A DNA stretch of 64,000 bases from Diplonema japonicum (taxonomy: Eukaryota; Protista; Euglenozoa: Diplonemea). The stretch is from positions 1 through 64,000 of the forward strand of contig OZ025712.1 in NCBI GenBank assembly GCA_964019335.1, given 5' to 3'. Each line of letters opens with the position of its first letter. The stretch's first letter is position 1. The translations under genes and the position numbers were made by a program. Shown piece by piece: positions 10,257-21,259 of the stretch. The notes under the pieces were generated by a model. The model did no database searches, was not told the DNA's origin, and worked only from the letters and a program-made list of their open reading frames with translations.

Positions 10257-13200
10257 TCATCGTTTCAACTTCTTGCTGGTGCCGTGCCTGCCACCACATG
10301 ACCTTAGATGGATCTCAAGACTTTTGGGCACAAAATTTCTGTTGCAGTGAGGGCAGGGAGTGAGGTCCTTGGGTCCATCGCCGAAAGCACGGCTCCACTC
10401 ATCTTCTTTTTTTGCTTGTATCGACTGCCATTTTTCAGGTGACACACCCATCCGCGCGACATCCTATGAACGGTACCTTGCTTGAATAATTACATACCTC
10501 TGGGACTGAAGCACCGGAGGCTGCTGTGCTGTTGAAAGATGGTGGAGATGGTCCCGATGGCCTCTTAGGGGGTGCCTTCGCCTTGTGCACAGTATTTGCG
10601 CACTTTGGAATGTGTCTCTCTGCCACGTCAGACGCAAACCTGTTATTTGCTACGTTCAAGAAAAGTGAACATACTTCCTCCCGCAATGCGGGCACGGTGT
10701 TCGTGTGTCATCTTCTTCTCTCGTGTACGTCGGTGGTGGCAGTGCTTTGCCTTCTTTGAGAGCAGTGTCCACATTTTTCGCCGACTGAAGCGCTTCGCGG
10801 AAGGCATTCGACTTTGACTGCCAGTTACTCTTCTGTTTCTGCACCGTACTGCTGGACTTCCCTTGGTACTGCGCAGATTCCGTCCCCTCTACTCTGTTCT
10901 TTTTTGAGTCGAATACTTTGCGCTTCTTTCCGCCGTCACATATGGCTACGTGCTTTTCTATTCTGTCCACGTTGAAAGATCTCCCACATTTACTGCACGG
11001 TGCCAGCTGCACAGTTTCGAACTCTTCCACTGCAGGCAGTTCTTTTGGTGTTTGCGACTCGCCCATCCACTTCTTTTCCCCTGCAGGGCTTTCTTGCACC
11101 TCCTGGGCTTCGATGGCTCCATTTGAAGGTATCCTGTTCGTTAACGGCGATCGCTTCGAATTCCCACTCCCATTCTCACTCGTATTCACAGCAGTCCCGC
11201 ACTCGTCGCAGAACTTGCTCGTAGGCTTAACTATGGTCCCGCAGCTGCATTTGCTGACGTCTCTTTGCTCGTCGTTTGCCTTCTCTTTGCGTACCAACTC
11301 CCCGCCGCACGACTGGCAAAAGTGGCCGTTATCCCATTCCGCAGAGCATTTATTGCAAACTAGCGGGAGATCTTTGGGCTGCGGCTCTGGCAAGTTTTCG
11401 CCACACTCCTGTATAAAACAATAATAACACTTCCCCCGCAACCATACCTGGCAAAACTTCGCTTCGGGATCGTATTCGAGAACACCGCAACCAGTGCAAG
11501 ATCTGTGTGAAAGTGAAGAGGAAAAAAAGGGGGGCGACGGATGCAGGCGAATGAGGGACACACGCAAGGGCGGGAAAACAAGGTGATAATAAAGAATATG
11601 AGCATCTAGTTGTTAACGTTGATTAATGAGGTACTTGACACTGCCCTTTGGCACCAACGGTGTCCTTTCGTCCAAAGCCTCCCTCCTGCTGCCAAGGGGA
11701 ATTACCAGCCACGTGTAGAGTTGGAATGCTGCGAGGCCGACCTGTGAAATAGGTTACAGGTTAGGTGCATACCAAAGCCATAGCAATGTATAGCTCTCCA
11801 AGCATGACAGACTGGAGCCCTTCATAGTCCAAGAGCTTGAGGACGGTGAAGTCAAAGAAGACGAAGGAAACAATTGCCTTCACAGAGAAAAACTGCCCTT
11901 CACCTGTGCTCTCAAGCTGCGGGAGCCTATCGAATATGTCATGAATGACCACAAGGATGACACAAAATAATACGGCACCAGACCACACAAGCACACGAAC
12001 CAGCCATGGGGGGTACAGGTTCTTAAACAAATAAGTGCTTACGTCCAAAGCAATCTTCACAACTACTAAATACACCACCCTCGAACGCAGCTTCTGCCTG
12101 TCGCTCTCTGCAGCTACGTGGCTGTCCTTGCCAGTGATGATCAACGGGACAGTCTCTGCCGTGTGATCCCATACGGTAACTAGCTTCCATAGCAGCACTG
12201 TGCAGTACACCTCTCTCACCATGCTGAAGAACTCCTCTGTCGCAGGCACCAACAAGGCAAATGACGAGGCAAGTGCAAATACAGGCACGATGGCCAGGAT
12301 AGACGTGATAGCCTTCTTCAGTTCGTTACTATAGGAATTCTTCCAATGCAAACCCCCAATCGATATCAGCGACAACTGCAGTGCGATAAAATTAGCTCCA
12401 GCAGCGACCACGCGCTGCGTCTCGGCAACTTCTGCTTGCGACGGGCTCCACAAACTGCGCCAGCACGAGAACGCATAAGTCATGATCAGTAATAGGAAAG
12501 TGCTTCCAGAAAAAGCCAACCCCATTGGCTTTGTACACAAGACGCATAAAAAGGTGAGACCGCTTGTCAAGGTGCCTACTGTCATAGCGAAAGGTGTAAT
12601 GACATGCGTTGCATCAGACTCTATAAAGCTGAGGCAGGTCACATTGGTGTATGCGACACCCGTGTGGCACTCTCGACACTGCGCGTCATCAATGGCAGTA
12701 AGGTGGAGATACCGCCAGCTTACCCACTTGACAAGGTTGCCTGCAGAGTGTTGTGTCTGTGTCTGTGGGCATGGCGCAGTAAGCCCCCTGCAGTTAACTG
12801 TTTTCTCCAGTTCACATATCGTCTCATTGTCCGAAAGGCTCCACAGGCGCTGCACGTCGTCGGTGATGTTCCCATAGCCCACCATGCTGCTGAAGAGCGC
12901 AGCTGTGAAACAGTAGGCTGTGCTTAACAACATCAAAAGTGTTAAGAGATTAACAACGATTCGTAAGTACGCCGCCATAATGCAGGTGGCACCAAGACAG
13001 ACACACGCCACTGCGAACCACATGGTAGGGTTGAGGGAGAACCCCGCCATGCCCCACCACATTTCCACAGCAGCAGAGAACAAGGGCAATGCGAAACCAA
13101 ATGTTTGCAACATCTCAACCAGCATCATCAGGATGCCTATCCCAACCAACGAGAGGCCTGTCGCAAGCAACGTAATTGAAAGGCAAGTTGTCTGCTCACT

Positions 13201-14297
13201 CCCACGTGCCCAGGCATACACCACTTGAAAGCACATATTTATGCACTACCCCTTTTAGAAAGTTGTACAATTCAAGACAGGACAACGGACGGTGTACAGG
13301 AGAGTGAACACACCTTGTTTCAGCTTCGCCGTCGTGCGGTAATCGATTCATCAAGGGCGACCTCCGAGAGGGGGAACCCGCTCCCGGTGATGCCTTGGGA
13401 GGTGGTGCCTGGGATTGTCCTCTGGGTGGAGGGGGACTGATAGGTGCTTTCTTCACAGGCTTCGAGCCACCTCCTGAGGCGCCAGGGTCGCAGCTGCGTT
13501 GGTTATTCGAAATCAAGTTTGGTATACCTCTTCATGTGCACAACTAGCCGATCGGCTAAGAAGGTTCTGCCACAGTTTGGACATGGCGACAGGTTGTCAT
13601 TATAGTCCTTAAACTGATCGTTGTTGAATGCGTCTTTGTTAGTTTTCATATTTTCGATGTCCTGGGGTGTGGGTCCGTGGGTAGCAGGGTCCTTGGGCTT
13701 CGGGCCTCTGGTGGCAGGGTCCGCTCTCTCCCACCACACGAGCTGTTTCACATAGCACTGTGTTTGATGGATGGTGAGAGAAGAAGAGCCGAACTGACTA
13801 CCGCATAGATAACAGACGAGCATCGATGGCTTTACGCCTTTGGGTCTACCTGAAGGAGAAGCTACTCTGGGGTTGTTGATGTTGTGGCTGCCGCTTCCAC
13901 TGCCACTTCTACTGCTGTGGGACTGGGACTGAGGTGGTTTTCCTTTGACGGGCTTGGAGCCACCACCCGAGGCGCCCTCACGGCACGACCGGAGATGGAC
14001 TTGCAGCCTGTCAGGCAGGAACTTCCTCCCGCAATTGTGACACTGCGAAAGATTTTCATTGAAATTTTCAAAATTTTCATCGTTGAACTTCTGTATCTCA
14101 CCCTGGCTCATCTGACCCTGGTTTTTGTGTCCATGCACCGCAGGGTCTTTAGGCTTTGGGCCTCGTGTGCCAGGGTCCCCCTGCTTCCACCAAACCATCT
14201 GCTTCTGATAGCATTGTGGCTGGTGTATGGCCAACGACGACGATCCGAATTGCTGTCCACACAAATAACACACAAGAAGCTGGGGCTTCCTCTCCAT
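10257..14297 (-). CDS. Multi C2HC zinc-finger (ZNF474/ZC2HC1-like) and zinc-ribbon protein, 695 aa; exons 14297-13528, 13493-13314, 11502-11448, 11408-10675, 10639-10498, 10463-10257
   Basis: Repeated CYLCG.QF...SL.IH...C and C..CGR.F...RL..H...C fingers on both sides. All six exons join in phase through GT-AG introns (34, 1811, 39, 35, 34 nt) to give 2088 nt. The join across the 1811-nt intron is inferred. Confidence 0.78.
11613..13236 (-). CDS. Polytopic membrane protein with tetraspanin-like N-half and OST-alpha/TMEM184-like C-half; nested in the intron of the zinc-finger gene; intron 11742-11772
   Basis: 491-aa ATG-initiated ORF plus a terminal exon ending TAA at 11613; hydrophobic segments; Cys-rich loop; ILAIVPVFALASSFALL...VREVY and FFSVKAIV resemble Solute_trans_a motifs. 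Confidence 0.8.
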
Positions 14298-15091
14298 CCC
14301 CCTGCCCAACCTGTAGGAATTAAACAGAGTGCTGCACGATAAAGAGGGCTTCATTCACTTGAGATGCTAAATTAGGGGAACACAAGTGAAGAAAATAGCA
14401 GGAAAAAAGTAAAAAAAAGGCGAATAAAAAAAAGGGGGGCGAACATTGCAAGAAAAAAAACTCCCAGTCGTTGAGTAACGACGTGCGCAACAGAGTATTA
14501 ACAAAAGAAAGGGGGGGGGGGGGGAAGAAGAAAGAAAGACAGGGGAGGAGAAGAGAAAGAGAGAAGGATACAAGCCTACACGCCTTGGCACCTGCGACCT
14601 TAGGATAATAAAATCTAACTTTCAGAACGGGAAGGGTGAAGTAAAAGAGAAAAAAAATTGGAGTTTTTCGGTAGGCACACCAACGCGCTACCCCTCTGCC
14701 TCTGCCTCTGCTGTTGGGACCGAGCCCTCCAGCCACTGAACTCCCATTACAAAATGTTAAGAGAAAAAAGGGGGGGAAAGGGGGGAAGGTGGGAATGATT
14801 CAAATACCCAGTTTCTCGTTTTTTTTTTTTTTTTTTTTTTTTTTTTGGTTCTAAAAAGGAAAAGAGTGGGGAAAGTAATGTTACTGCTTTTTGATGTTTT
14901 TCTTTTTTTTTCAGAGAAAGAAAAAAGCAGGAAGGGAAAAGGGTTGAAAAAAAGAAGAAGAAAAAGAAAAAAAAAACTGTACAGGGAAACAAGGAAAAAG
15001 GTAATTCTAGGAAAAAAAAACCCCCCCCGTTGTCTTCTATGCACTCTTTTCCTGGTGGTACCTTGATGAAAAAAAAATGGCTCATCTTTAC

Positions 15092-16627
15092 TCACGTTTC
15101 ATGGACGACATACCTCTCGATCTCACGTCGCAGTTGGCTAGCGTCGTTGAGGAAATCTGAAGGACTTGAGAGGACCTGGCTGTAGAGGCATGCTGCCTTC
15201 ATCCGGAACATGCCGTCATCTTTGCTCTGCTCTTCCTTGACACGCAAGGTCATGGTGCACGGTTTCCACTCCACCTTTTCTTTGATGGTTCTTAACGCGT
15301 CTTCCTCTCCTTTTTGCATTTTCATTTCGTGGTAGACCTGGGCGCTCTTGTCAAACATTTTACACGCAGAGTTGTCGAACGCTGTAACGTACATGTGCCC
15401 CGTCGCGTCCGTCACCTTCATCGATGCGATGTACCTGTAGTTCGGGCTGTCCGTTTCACCATGGAGGTTGCACCTAAAGCCTGCGTGGTTCTCTTCCACC
15501 TTCTTATTGCATGTGTTTCTGCCGTCGGCGGTCACGGGCGCCGTTGGGTCCCTCGGCTTCGGGCACGCGATATAGTACACATTCTTGTCGCTCACGCCAG
15601 TGATGTACCCTCTCATGTATAGGATGTCGGCGTTTTCCCTATTCTTCCCAAGGTTACGGAGCTCGATTTGGTCCAGCCCCCACCTAGTTACTTGCTTGCG
15701 CTGCCCCGCCTGGACATTCTCGAATGCAGATTTGTCACATGCATGCCACCAGCTCTTTAAGTGCTGCGCCTCTTCGGTGTGGGGTTCGAGCTCAACCCCG
15801 TTACTGGCGACAAGGTTGATTGCGTCCATGAATTTCCCGATTCTGCAGTTCTTTGCTGAGATGACATTCCCCTCCATGGCCTGGAACTCCTTCGCCGCCT
15901 CCCCCCACAGCGTCATCTCGAAGGCAGCATTGGTGGAGTTGTCAACAATGCGAACGGAGCGCTTTTCCAGCTCGCCACCAGCCTTCTTTTGAACCGTGGT
16001 AACCACACCGGGGTCCCTTATCACTGCGATGACGTCGATGGAGTTCCCTACCGCGTGGTCGGCGATGTCGCCCAGGGGGATGTAGCAGGCCTGCGCTGCG
16101 GTGGGGAGTTGGGTGTTGGCCATGTCGTGCTGCTGTGTCGGCTGCACAATGTTAGTTGAGTCGAAGGTCAGCTCATAGTTGTGAGGGAGGGAAGAAAACT
16201 TCTTAGACGCAGCCTTGACCTTTGCGTTGCCGAAATAGAGCACATTGCCAGGGACCACAATATCGTAGAACTGATCTACGGCATCTTTGAAGAACGTTGC
16301 ACGGATTGCAGTCCCGGCCTCGTCCACCAAAGTGCACGAAAAAAGCGTGCCATCGCCACGTGCGTTACTCCACTTCCGCACGTCAGACCTATCAACCACT
16401 CTTGCCTTAATCGTCCACTTCGTGTGAATCTCAGTCAACGAGGCAATAGGGAACAGCATCTTCTCAGCTTCATTGTAGTCAAAAGCCGGATTACCTTGAT
16501 ATCCTGTCCCCTTGAAGTCTTTTATCACCGAAGACCCACCGCCACCACCCCCACCGCCACCACCTGTGCCGGCATTAGGGCAAGCACTAGCAAAATGCCC
16601 CGTCTGGTTACACTTGAAGCAGCTCAT
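15092..16627 (-). CDS. RPA1: Replication protein A large subunit (RPA70) with an N-terminal CCHC zinc knuckle
   Basis: KWTIKARV..S.VRKWSNARGDGTLFS, IRATFF, DBD-C Zn motif YIAC..CNKKV..C..H, YRYI; a terminal intron could extend the CDS to 15037. Confidence 0.9.
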   Translation of the reverse strand: MSCFKCNQTGHFASACPNAGTGGGGGGGGGGSSVIKDFKGTGYQGNPAFDYNEAEKMLFPIASLTEIHTKWTIKARVVDRSDVRKWSNARGDGTLFSCTLVDEAGTAIRATFFKDAVDQFYDIVVPGNVLYFGNAKVKAASKKFSSLPHNYELTFDSTNIVQPTQQHDMANTQLPTAAQACYIPLGDIADHAVGNSIDVIAVIRDPGVVTTVQKKAGGELEKRSVRIVDNSTNAAFEMTLWGEAAKEFQAMEGNVISAKNCRIGKFMDAINLVASNGVELEPHTEEAQHLKSWWHACDKSAFENVQAGQRKQVTRWGLDQIELRNLGKNRENADILYMRGYITGVSDKNVYYIACPKPRDPTAPVTADGRNTCNKKVEENHAGFRCNLHGETDSPNYRYIASMKVTDATGHMYVTAFDNSACKMFDKSAQVYHEMKMQKGEEDALRTIKEKVEWKPCTMTLRVKEEQSKDDGMFRMKAACLYSQVLSSPSDFLNDASQLRREIERYVVHET

Positions 16628-16715
16628 ATTATAACTGTAATGATCAGAAATGTGTTATAAGAAAGTTGCAAGGTACATTATGGTACATAAAAAATCTGTC
16701 AGAAGGCAGCAGTGT

Positions 16716-18073
16716 TCATGAAGTTTGGTTGACTGCCATATCATTCAGTGTGGTATTCAACGAGCGGAATGTCACACCCAGCCTTTTAGCCTCGGAGGTG
16801 TCAAACAAATCAGGTGGTCCCAAGGTGCCTTCTTCGATCCTTGCCGGGAGGGCTGCTTCCTTATAAAGTTTCGTAAGCTCGTCGCACAAGGCCTGCGGTG
16901 CTTCTGGGTGTGCGGGTCATACCTCGTAAGTGATCGCACCACCAACACACACCATCCTGCGCTGATAAGATTGCAGTGCAGCGAGAACATGGGCGTTAGC
17001 AGCGTCACGCACCTAGCGGTAATGTTGTGGTAATAACAGTTACATACATCAACGTAGTACAGGTAGTCGTTTGGGATATACTCGGCCCTCCCTTCTATAA
17101 GGTCACGTATCTGGCTGCACGCAGAGTTTAGCTCACCCCTCAAGGAGGGGCCAATGACCTGTCCCACACAAATGGTGGCGAGCTTGAGGCGAGCACCACC
17201 ATGTCGGGGTGTAGTGCACAGCTGATCTGTGTATATCTCCCACGCCTTCTGCTCAGCGAGCAGTGTCCGCAGAGCGCCGCGCATGTTGTGCTCTCTTAAT
17301 TTCCCTTCGTCACTCCACTCGTCGCCACTGTAGCCCTTCGCTGGGTTCGACAGTGGCGAGAAGAACCTCACCGCCGCCGTACTGGACGTGATGACGATTG
17401 TTCTCACTGAGGCAGAAGAAGCCGCAGCGCTCATCACGTTTTGAGCGACTTTAATGGCCCGCAGCACGGAAGCTTCATCGCCCTTGTCCTTGAAGGCAGG
17501 CCAGCCCGAGTGGATCACTGTATCACATCCCTCGAACGCCCTGCTGAACTCTGACTCTTTCATGTTGCACTGCACCAACGTTAATTTTTCATCTGCATGC
17601 GGTAAACTAGTCAGATGCACGGTGCTGGCATCGTTCATGTCAACAACAGCACCTACCACGGTGACTGCCTCTTGAAGCAGCTGCTTCACGATATGTGACG
17701 AGAGGTACCCGTTGGCAAAGGTGACGCACACCTTCTTTCCCCGAACCGATATTGAATGGCGGCTCCTTGTAGTCGGAGCTACATTGCTGCTCGTGAACTG
17801 CTTGATGCCGCTCATCACCACATTTTCACCTACCTCGGCAGCAAGGTACCTCAGCAACACCTCAACACTGTCGCTATCTCTTATTTTCTGTGACGTTACT
17901 ACTTTGTGCAACCCTTCACGCAGAGCCATGCTGCTGTCCAGCTCAAGACCAGGTATGTCCTGCATATCTTTCGGTAGCCTGTTGACCAGCGGGGATCTCA
18001 CAAGCGTTCTCATGTTTGCCGCATCGTTCTCCGGGTCCTCGACATGCTCGTCTAGCCCGCGATCATTTTCCAT
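16716..18073 (-). CDS. NAD-dependent epimerase/dehydratase (cinnamoyl-CoA reductase/dihydroflavonol reductase-like), divergent; introns 17013-17047, 16893-16922
   Basis: KKVCVTFANGYLSSHIVKQLL, TSSTAAV, AEQKAW, spliced YVDVRDAANAHV; catalytic YxxxK motif appears degenerate. Confidence 0.8.
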
Positions 18074-18124
18074 CCCTTTGGTGCGATAATAAATTGTGCG
18101 GAATTCTCAAATACCCTCCTTACG

Positions 18125-19312
18125 CTACAAACCCACACCCTTGGACAGAAGCTCTACAGCAAGCTTGATGTCCTCCTCTGTTGTGCAGCTTCCGGTGCTG
18201 TAATGATAATGATAGATGTGTTTGATGTCATACCTCATTCGGAAACCCCCAAGTGCCCTCTCCCTGCTCAGTCCTAGTGCCTTGTGTACATACGACATCG
18301 AAGTGGTTCCTGAGTGACAAGCACTGCCCGCCGATATGGCCAGCAGGTGCGACACCTTCTTGATAGTGGCCGACGCGTTTAAGTAGGTGCCGCCCGCCTT
18401 GTTCCCCAATGAACAATTCAAAGTGTTTGGCAGCGCGTGGTTCTCGTCCCCATTTACTTCTACTACGAAGTGCTCTGCCAGAAGCGCTTTCAGCTTGTCG
18501 CGCATGGACCGCATGTGTGCAGCACGTGTTTCTAGTTTCTCGGTGGCCACGCACAGGGCAGCGGCCATACCAGACACAAGGATGATGTTCTCGGTGCCTG
18601 GTCGCTGTCCTCTTTCGTGACCTGCGCCATGCATCTGTTTTTTTACAGTGACACCTTTTTTGATGTACAGGGCTCCTACACCCTTCGGACCGTAAAACTT
18701 GTGGCTGCAAACAGACAGCAGGTCAACACCCAAGCCTGGCACAGTGCAGGGTACCTTTCCGATAGACTGGGCAGCATCAGTGTGGAAGAGAACGTTCTTT
18801 TCCTTGACGATGCTAGCAATCTCTTTGATGGGCTGCACGATACCTGTCTCGTTGTTGGCATGCATTATGGTGATAAGCAGCGTGGTTTCCTTCACTGCTG
18901 CTGACACATCTTCGGGCTTCACTCTACCATCGCTTCCAGTAGGGAGGTAGGTAACCTCTACTCCTTTGGTTTCAAGATAGCGCATCACCTCCATCACAGC
19001 AGGGTGCTCGATGTCCGTTGTCACGATGTGTCCCTTCACTCCACGTGCCTCCTGGAGTGCTTCTATAGCACCAATAATGGCCAGGTTGTTACTCTCTGTC
19101 CCACCGCTAGTGAAGTATACCTCGTCTGCACCACATCCCAAACACTGGGCCACCTTACCTCTTGCCTCTTCGACCTGGTTCTTTGCTTCTGTCCCTGCCC
19201 AGTGCCCGCTGGAAGGGTTCCCCCACGCATCGGTTACTGCCTGACTCATGGCTTCAGCAGCTTCTACGCATACAGGCGTGCTGGCATTGTAGTCAAGGTA
19301 CACACGCGTCAT
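18125..19312 (-). CDS. PLP-dependent cysteine desulfurase / selenocysteine lyase-like protein; intron 18198-18233
   Basis: YLDYNASTP, GNPSS, FTSGGTESNN, HTDAAQ, SHKFYGPKG, GSACHS. Confidence 0.88.
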   Translation of the reverse strand: MTRVYLDYNASTPVCVEAAEAMSQAVTDAWGNPSSGHWAGTEAKNQVEEARGKVAQCLGCGADEVYFTSGGTESNNLAIIGAIEALQEARGVKGHIVTTDIEHPAVMEVMRYLETKGVEVTYLPTGSDGRVKPEDVSAAVKETTLLITIMHANNETGIVQPIKEIASIVKEKNVLFHTDAAQSIGKVPCTVPGLGVDLLSVCSHKFYGPKGVGALYIKKGVTVKKQMHGAGHERGQRPGTENIILVSGMAAALCVATEKLETRAAHMRSMRDKLKALLAEHFVVEVNGDENHALPNTLNCSLGNKAGGTYLNASATIKKVSHLLAISAGSACHSGTTSMSYVHKALGLSRERALGGFRMRYDIKHIYHYHYSTGSCTTEEDIKLAVELLSKGVGL

Positions 19313-19405
19313 TTCTAACTGTTGTGAAGTAGGAAGTAAGAAGTTAGGAAGTAAACGCAACACGTTCAACAAGACAGCATGAGGGTGAGGGGTGGAAACC
19401 GCCTG

Positions 19406-20245
19406 CTACTCCAAAGAGTACACGCCTCGGAAGATATACGGCGGGAGGGGGATGGGTGCCTGAGCTGCAAGGTGGAAGGGTTCGGTGCGGAGGAATGCTT
19501 CAAGAGCGGCTGTCCCTTCAGAACCAGAAGAGTCTGTGAGGGTGAGGAACATGGAGTCCGGGTCAAGCCATGCTCCTTGGTAAAGGACTTGGTAGGGGTT
19601 ACCGTTGGCAAGCTGGAGACACTGCTTGACATGGATGCAGGGAGCAAGGACGATGCTAGAGAGGAGGAGAACAACTATAGAGATGTTGTAGTTTCCGCAC
19701 GCGATATGGAGGGAGGACGCACCGCAGCCTGCAAGGAGCATGGGGCTTGCGTGGTGCCTGAGAAGAAGCTTCGCGATCCGTGATCTACCTTTTGCTGCAG
19801 CCCAATGGAGAGGGGAGGCGGCACCTATATCCAGGTGCTCGGAACACTGTTTCTCAACAAAACGTCTTAATTGGAGCTTCCTGTGCATTCGCAAGGAAGA
19901 CGTTTCCAAGAACAGACCGTGGGACACCTTCAGTGCCCCCTTCTCGTACCCCTGCAGCTTATCTGTGACCAGCCTCATGGCATCTGGGTCTGCTCCGTTC
20001 TTTAACGCTCTCTTCACCCCCGCGTAGTCCCCTTTGAAGGTGCAGCTGAGTATTTCTATGTCAAAGAGATCCATCTTCCCTCTTTCCTTCCTTCTATGCA
20101 CTTCTTTACTCTTGATCATCCCCGGATATCGAAAATTTCGATTGGTGCTCAAGTCCCCATACAGCAATACCCCCTCGTCCCTGTTGCTCCCTGTCACTTC
20201 TCGCCATATGCTCTTATCTTTGGTGTGTAAATCTATGCAGTTCAT
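19406..20245 (-). CDS. Ankyrin-repeat protein (start uncertain)
   Basis: SPLHWAAAKGRSRIAKLLL, SSLHIAC, ALKNGADPD. Confidence 0.72.
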   Translation of the reverse strand: MNCIDLHTKDKSIWREVTGSNRDEGVLLYGDLSTNRNFRYPGMIKSKEVHRRKERGKMDLFDIEILSCTFKGDYAGVKRALKNGADPDAMRLVTDKLQGYEKGALKVSHGLFLETSSLRMHRKLQLRRFVEKQCSEHLDIGAASPLHWAAAKGRSRIAKLLLRHHASPMLLAGCGASSLHIACGNYNISIVVLLLSSIVLAPCIHVKQCLQLANGNPYQVLYQGAWLDPDSMFLTLTDSSGSEGTAALEAFLRTEPFHLAAQAPIPLPPYIFRGVYSLE

Positions 20246-20756
20246 CTGTCATGTTGTATATAGAGTTGAGAGACATCATCTTCAAATAGGTGGAACGATT
20301 GAGAAAGCAGGTACGAGGTGGGAATCAGGAGAAGTATTCCTTTTTTTCCTTTTTTCTTCAGACATGAAAAAAAAAAAAGAAAATAAATCGGGAAAGAAAG
20401 CTCAAGAGGCATTTTTTGTTTTCATTTCTTCCCTCCCCCTATTTTTTTCTTTGTTCATCTTTTCCTCCCATTCACTTTTCTTTTTTTTTTTTTCTTTTTT
20501 TGGGAGATGGTCAGCAGGAAGAAAAAAAATAATAACATAACGAACATAAAACCGTCTTAAAAAACGCGAAAGGGGAAAAAAAAAAAAGAAAAAAGAAATA
20601 AAAATTTGAAAAGGAAAAAAAAAAGAAGAAAAAAAAAGGGGGGGAAAGAAATGAAACAACGCCTCAGTAGTCGGATGGTGGAACACTCGGGGGGGGGGGG
20701 GGGGGAGGGGAGATGGGACAAAAAAAAAACACACACTAGTGGGGGTACAAAACTTG

Positions 20757-21259
20757 CTATTTCTTCTTCTTCTTAGAGATGTCGCCCATCCCGAGGGCCT
20801 GGTTAACCTTCACCAGCACCGTGTCGTCGCTAGCATCATAAGGCACGTCTCTGCTGGGTATTTCAAGTACAGCAGGAAGGGTCTGGGAGTAGTTCTCGAT
20901 CAGGTGGCGGATATCGTTGGCAACACTCTGGGTGATAAGCACAATAACGATGTCAGGTCTCTTCGTCATCTGCAGAGTGGTGGTGGTGGTGGTAGTGGTA
21001 ATCATCTCCATCATACCCTGTCGAATGCCTCTTCCAGCTGGTCCAGCGTCTTATCCCTTGTGGCAATGAAGTAGTTCGGGCCGTACTCTGCCCTCTTCTT
21101 CGCACTGTTGTCTCTGTGGGGGGGGGGGGGGGGGGATATAAGTTATATTGAAAGAGAAACATACCCCACCCCAGCAAGCAGCATCCCCGTCACGGTGTCC
21201 TCATCACCAATAACACCCACCAGCCTCTCTTCACCTTCCTTTAGCCTCAGCCCAGCCAT
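20757..21259 (-). CDS. ATP6V1F: V-type ATPase subunit F; introns 21114-21164, 20970-21016
   Basis: VIGDEDTVTGMLLAGVG...DIVIVLITQ...IRH...PAVLEIPSRDVPYD. Confidence 0.92.

Noticed and set aside
10656-11567. ORF-track protein treated as an independent gene
   Set aside because: Start is TTG inside a pyrimidine tract and the first true Met lies after the zinc ribbons; better explained as internal exons
14320-15095. Poly-Phe/poly-Lys ORFs in intergenic DNA (also about 20400-20730, 21300-21900, 36200-37100, 39450-40830, 48100-49500, 57480-57900)
   Set aside because: Products of A/T homopolymer tracts; no coding complexity
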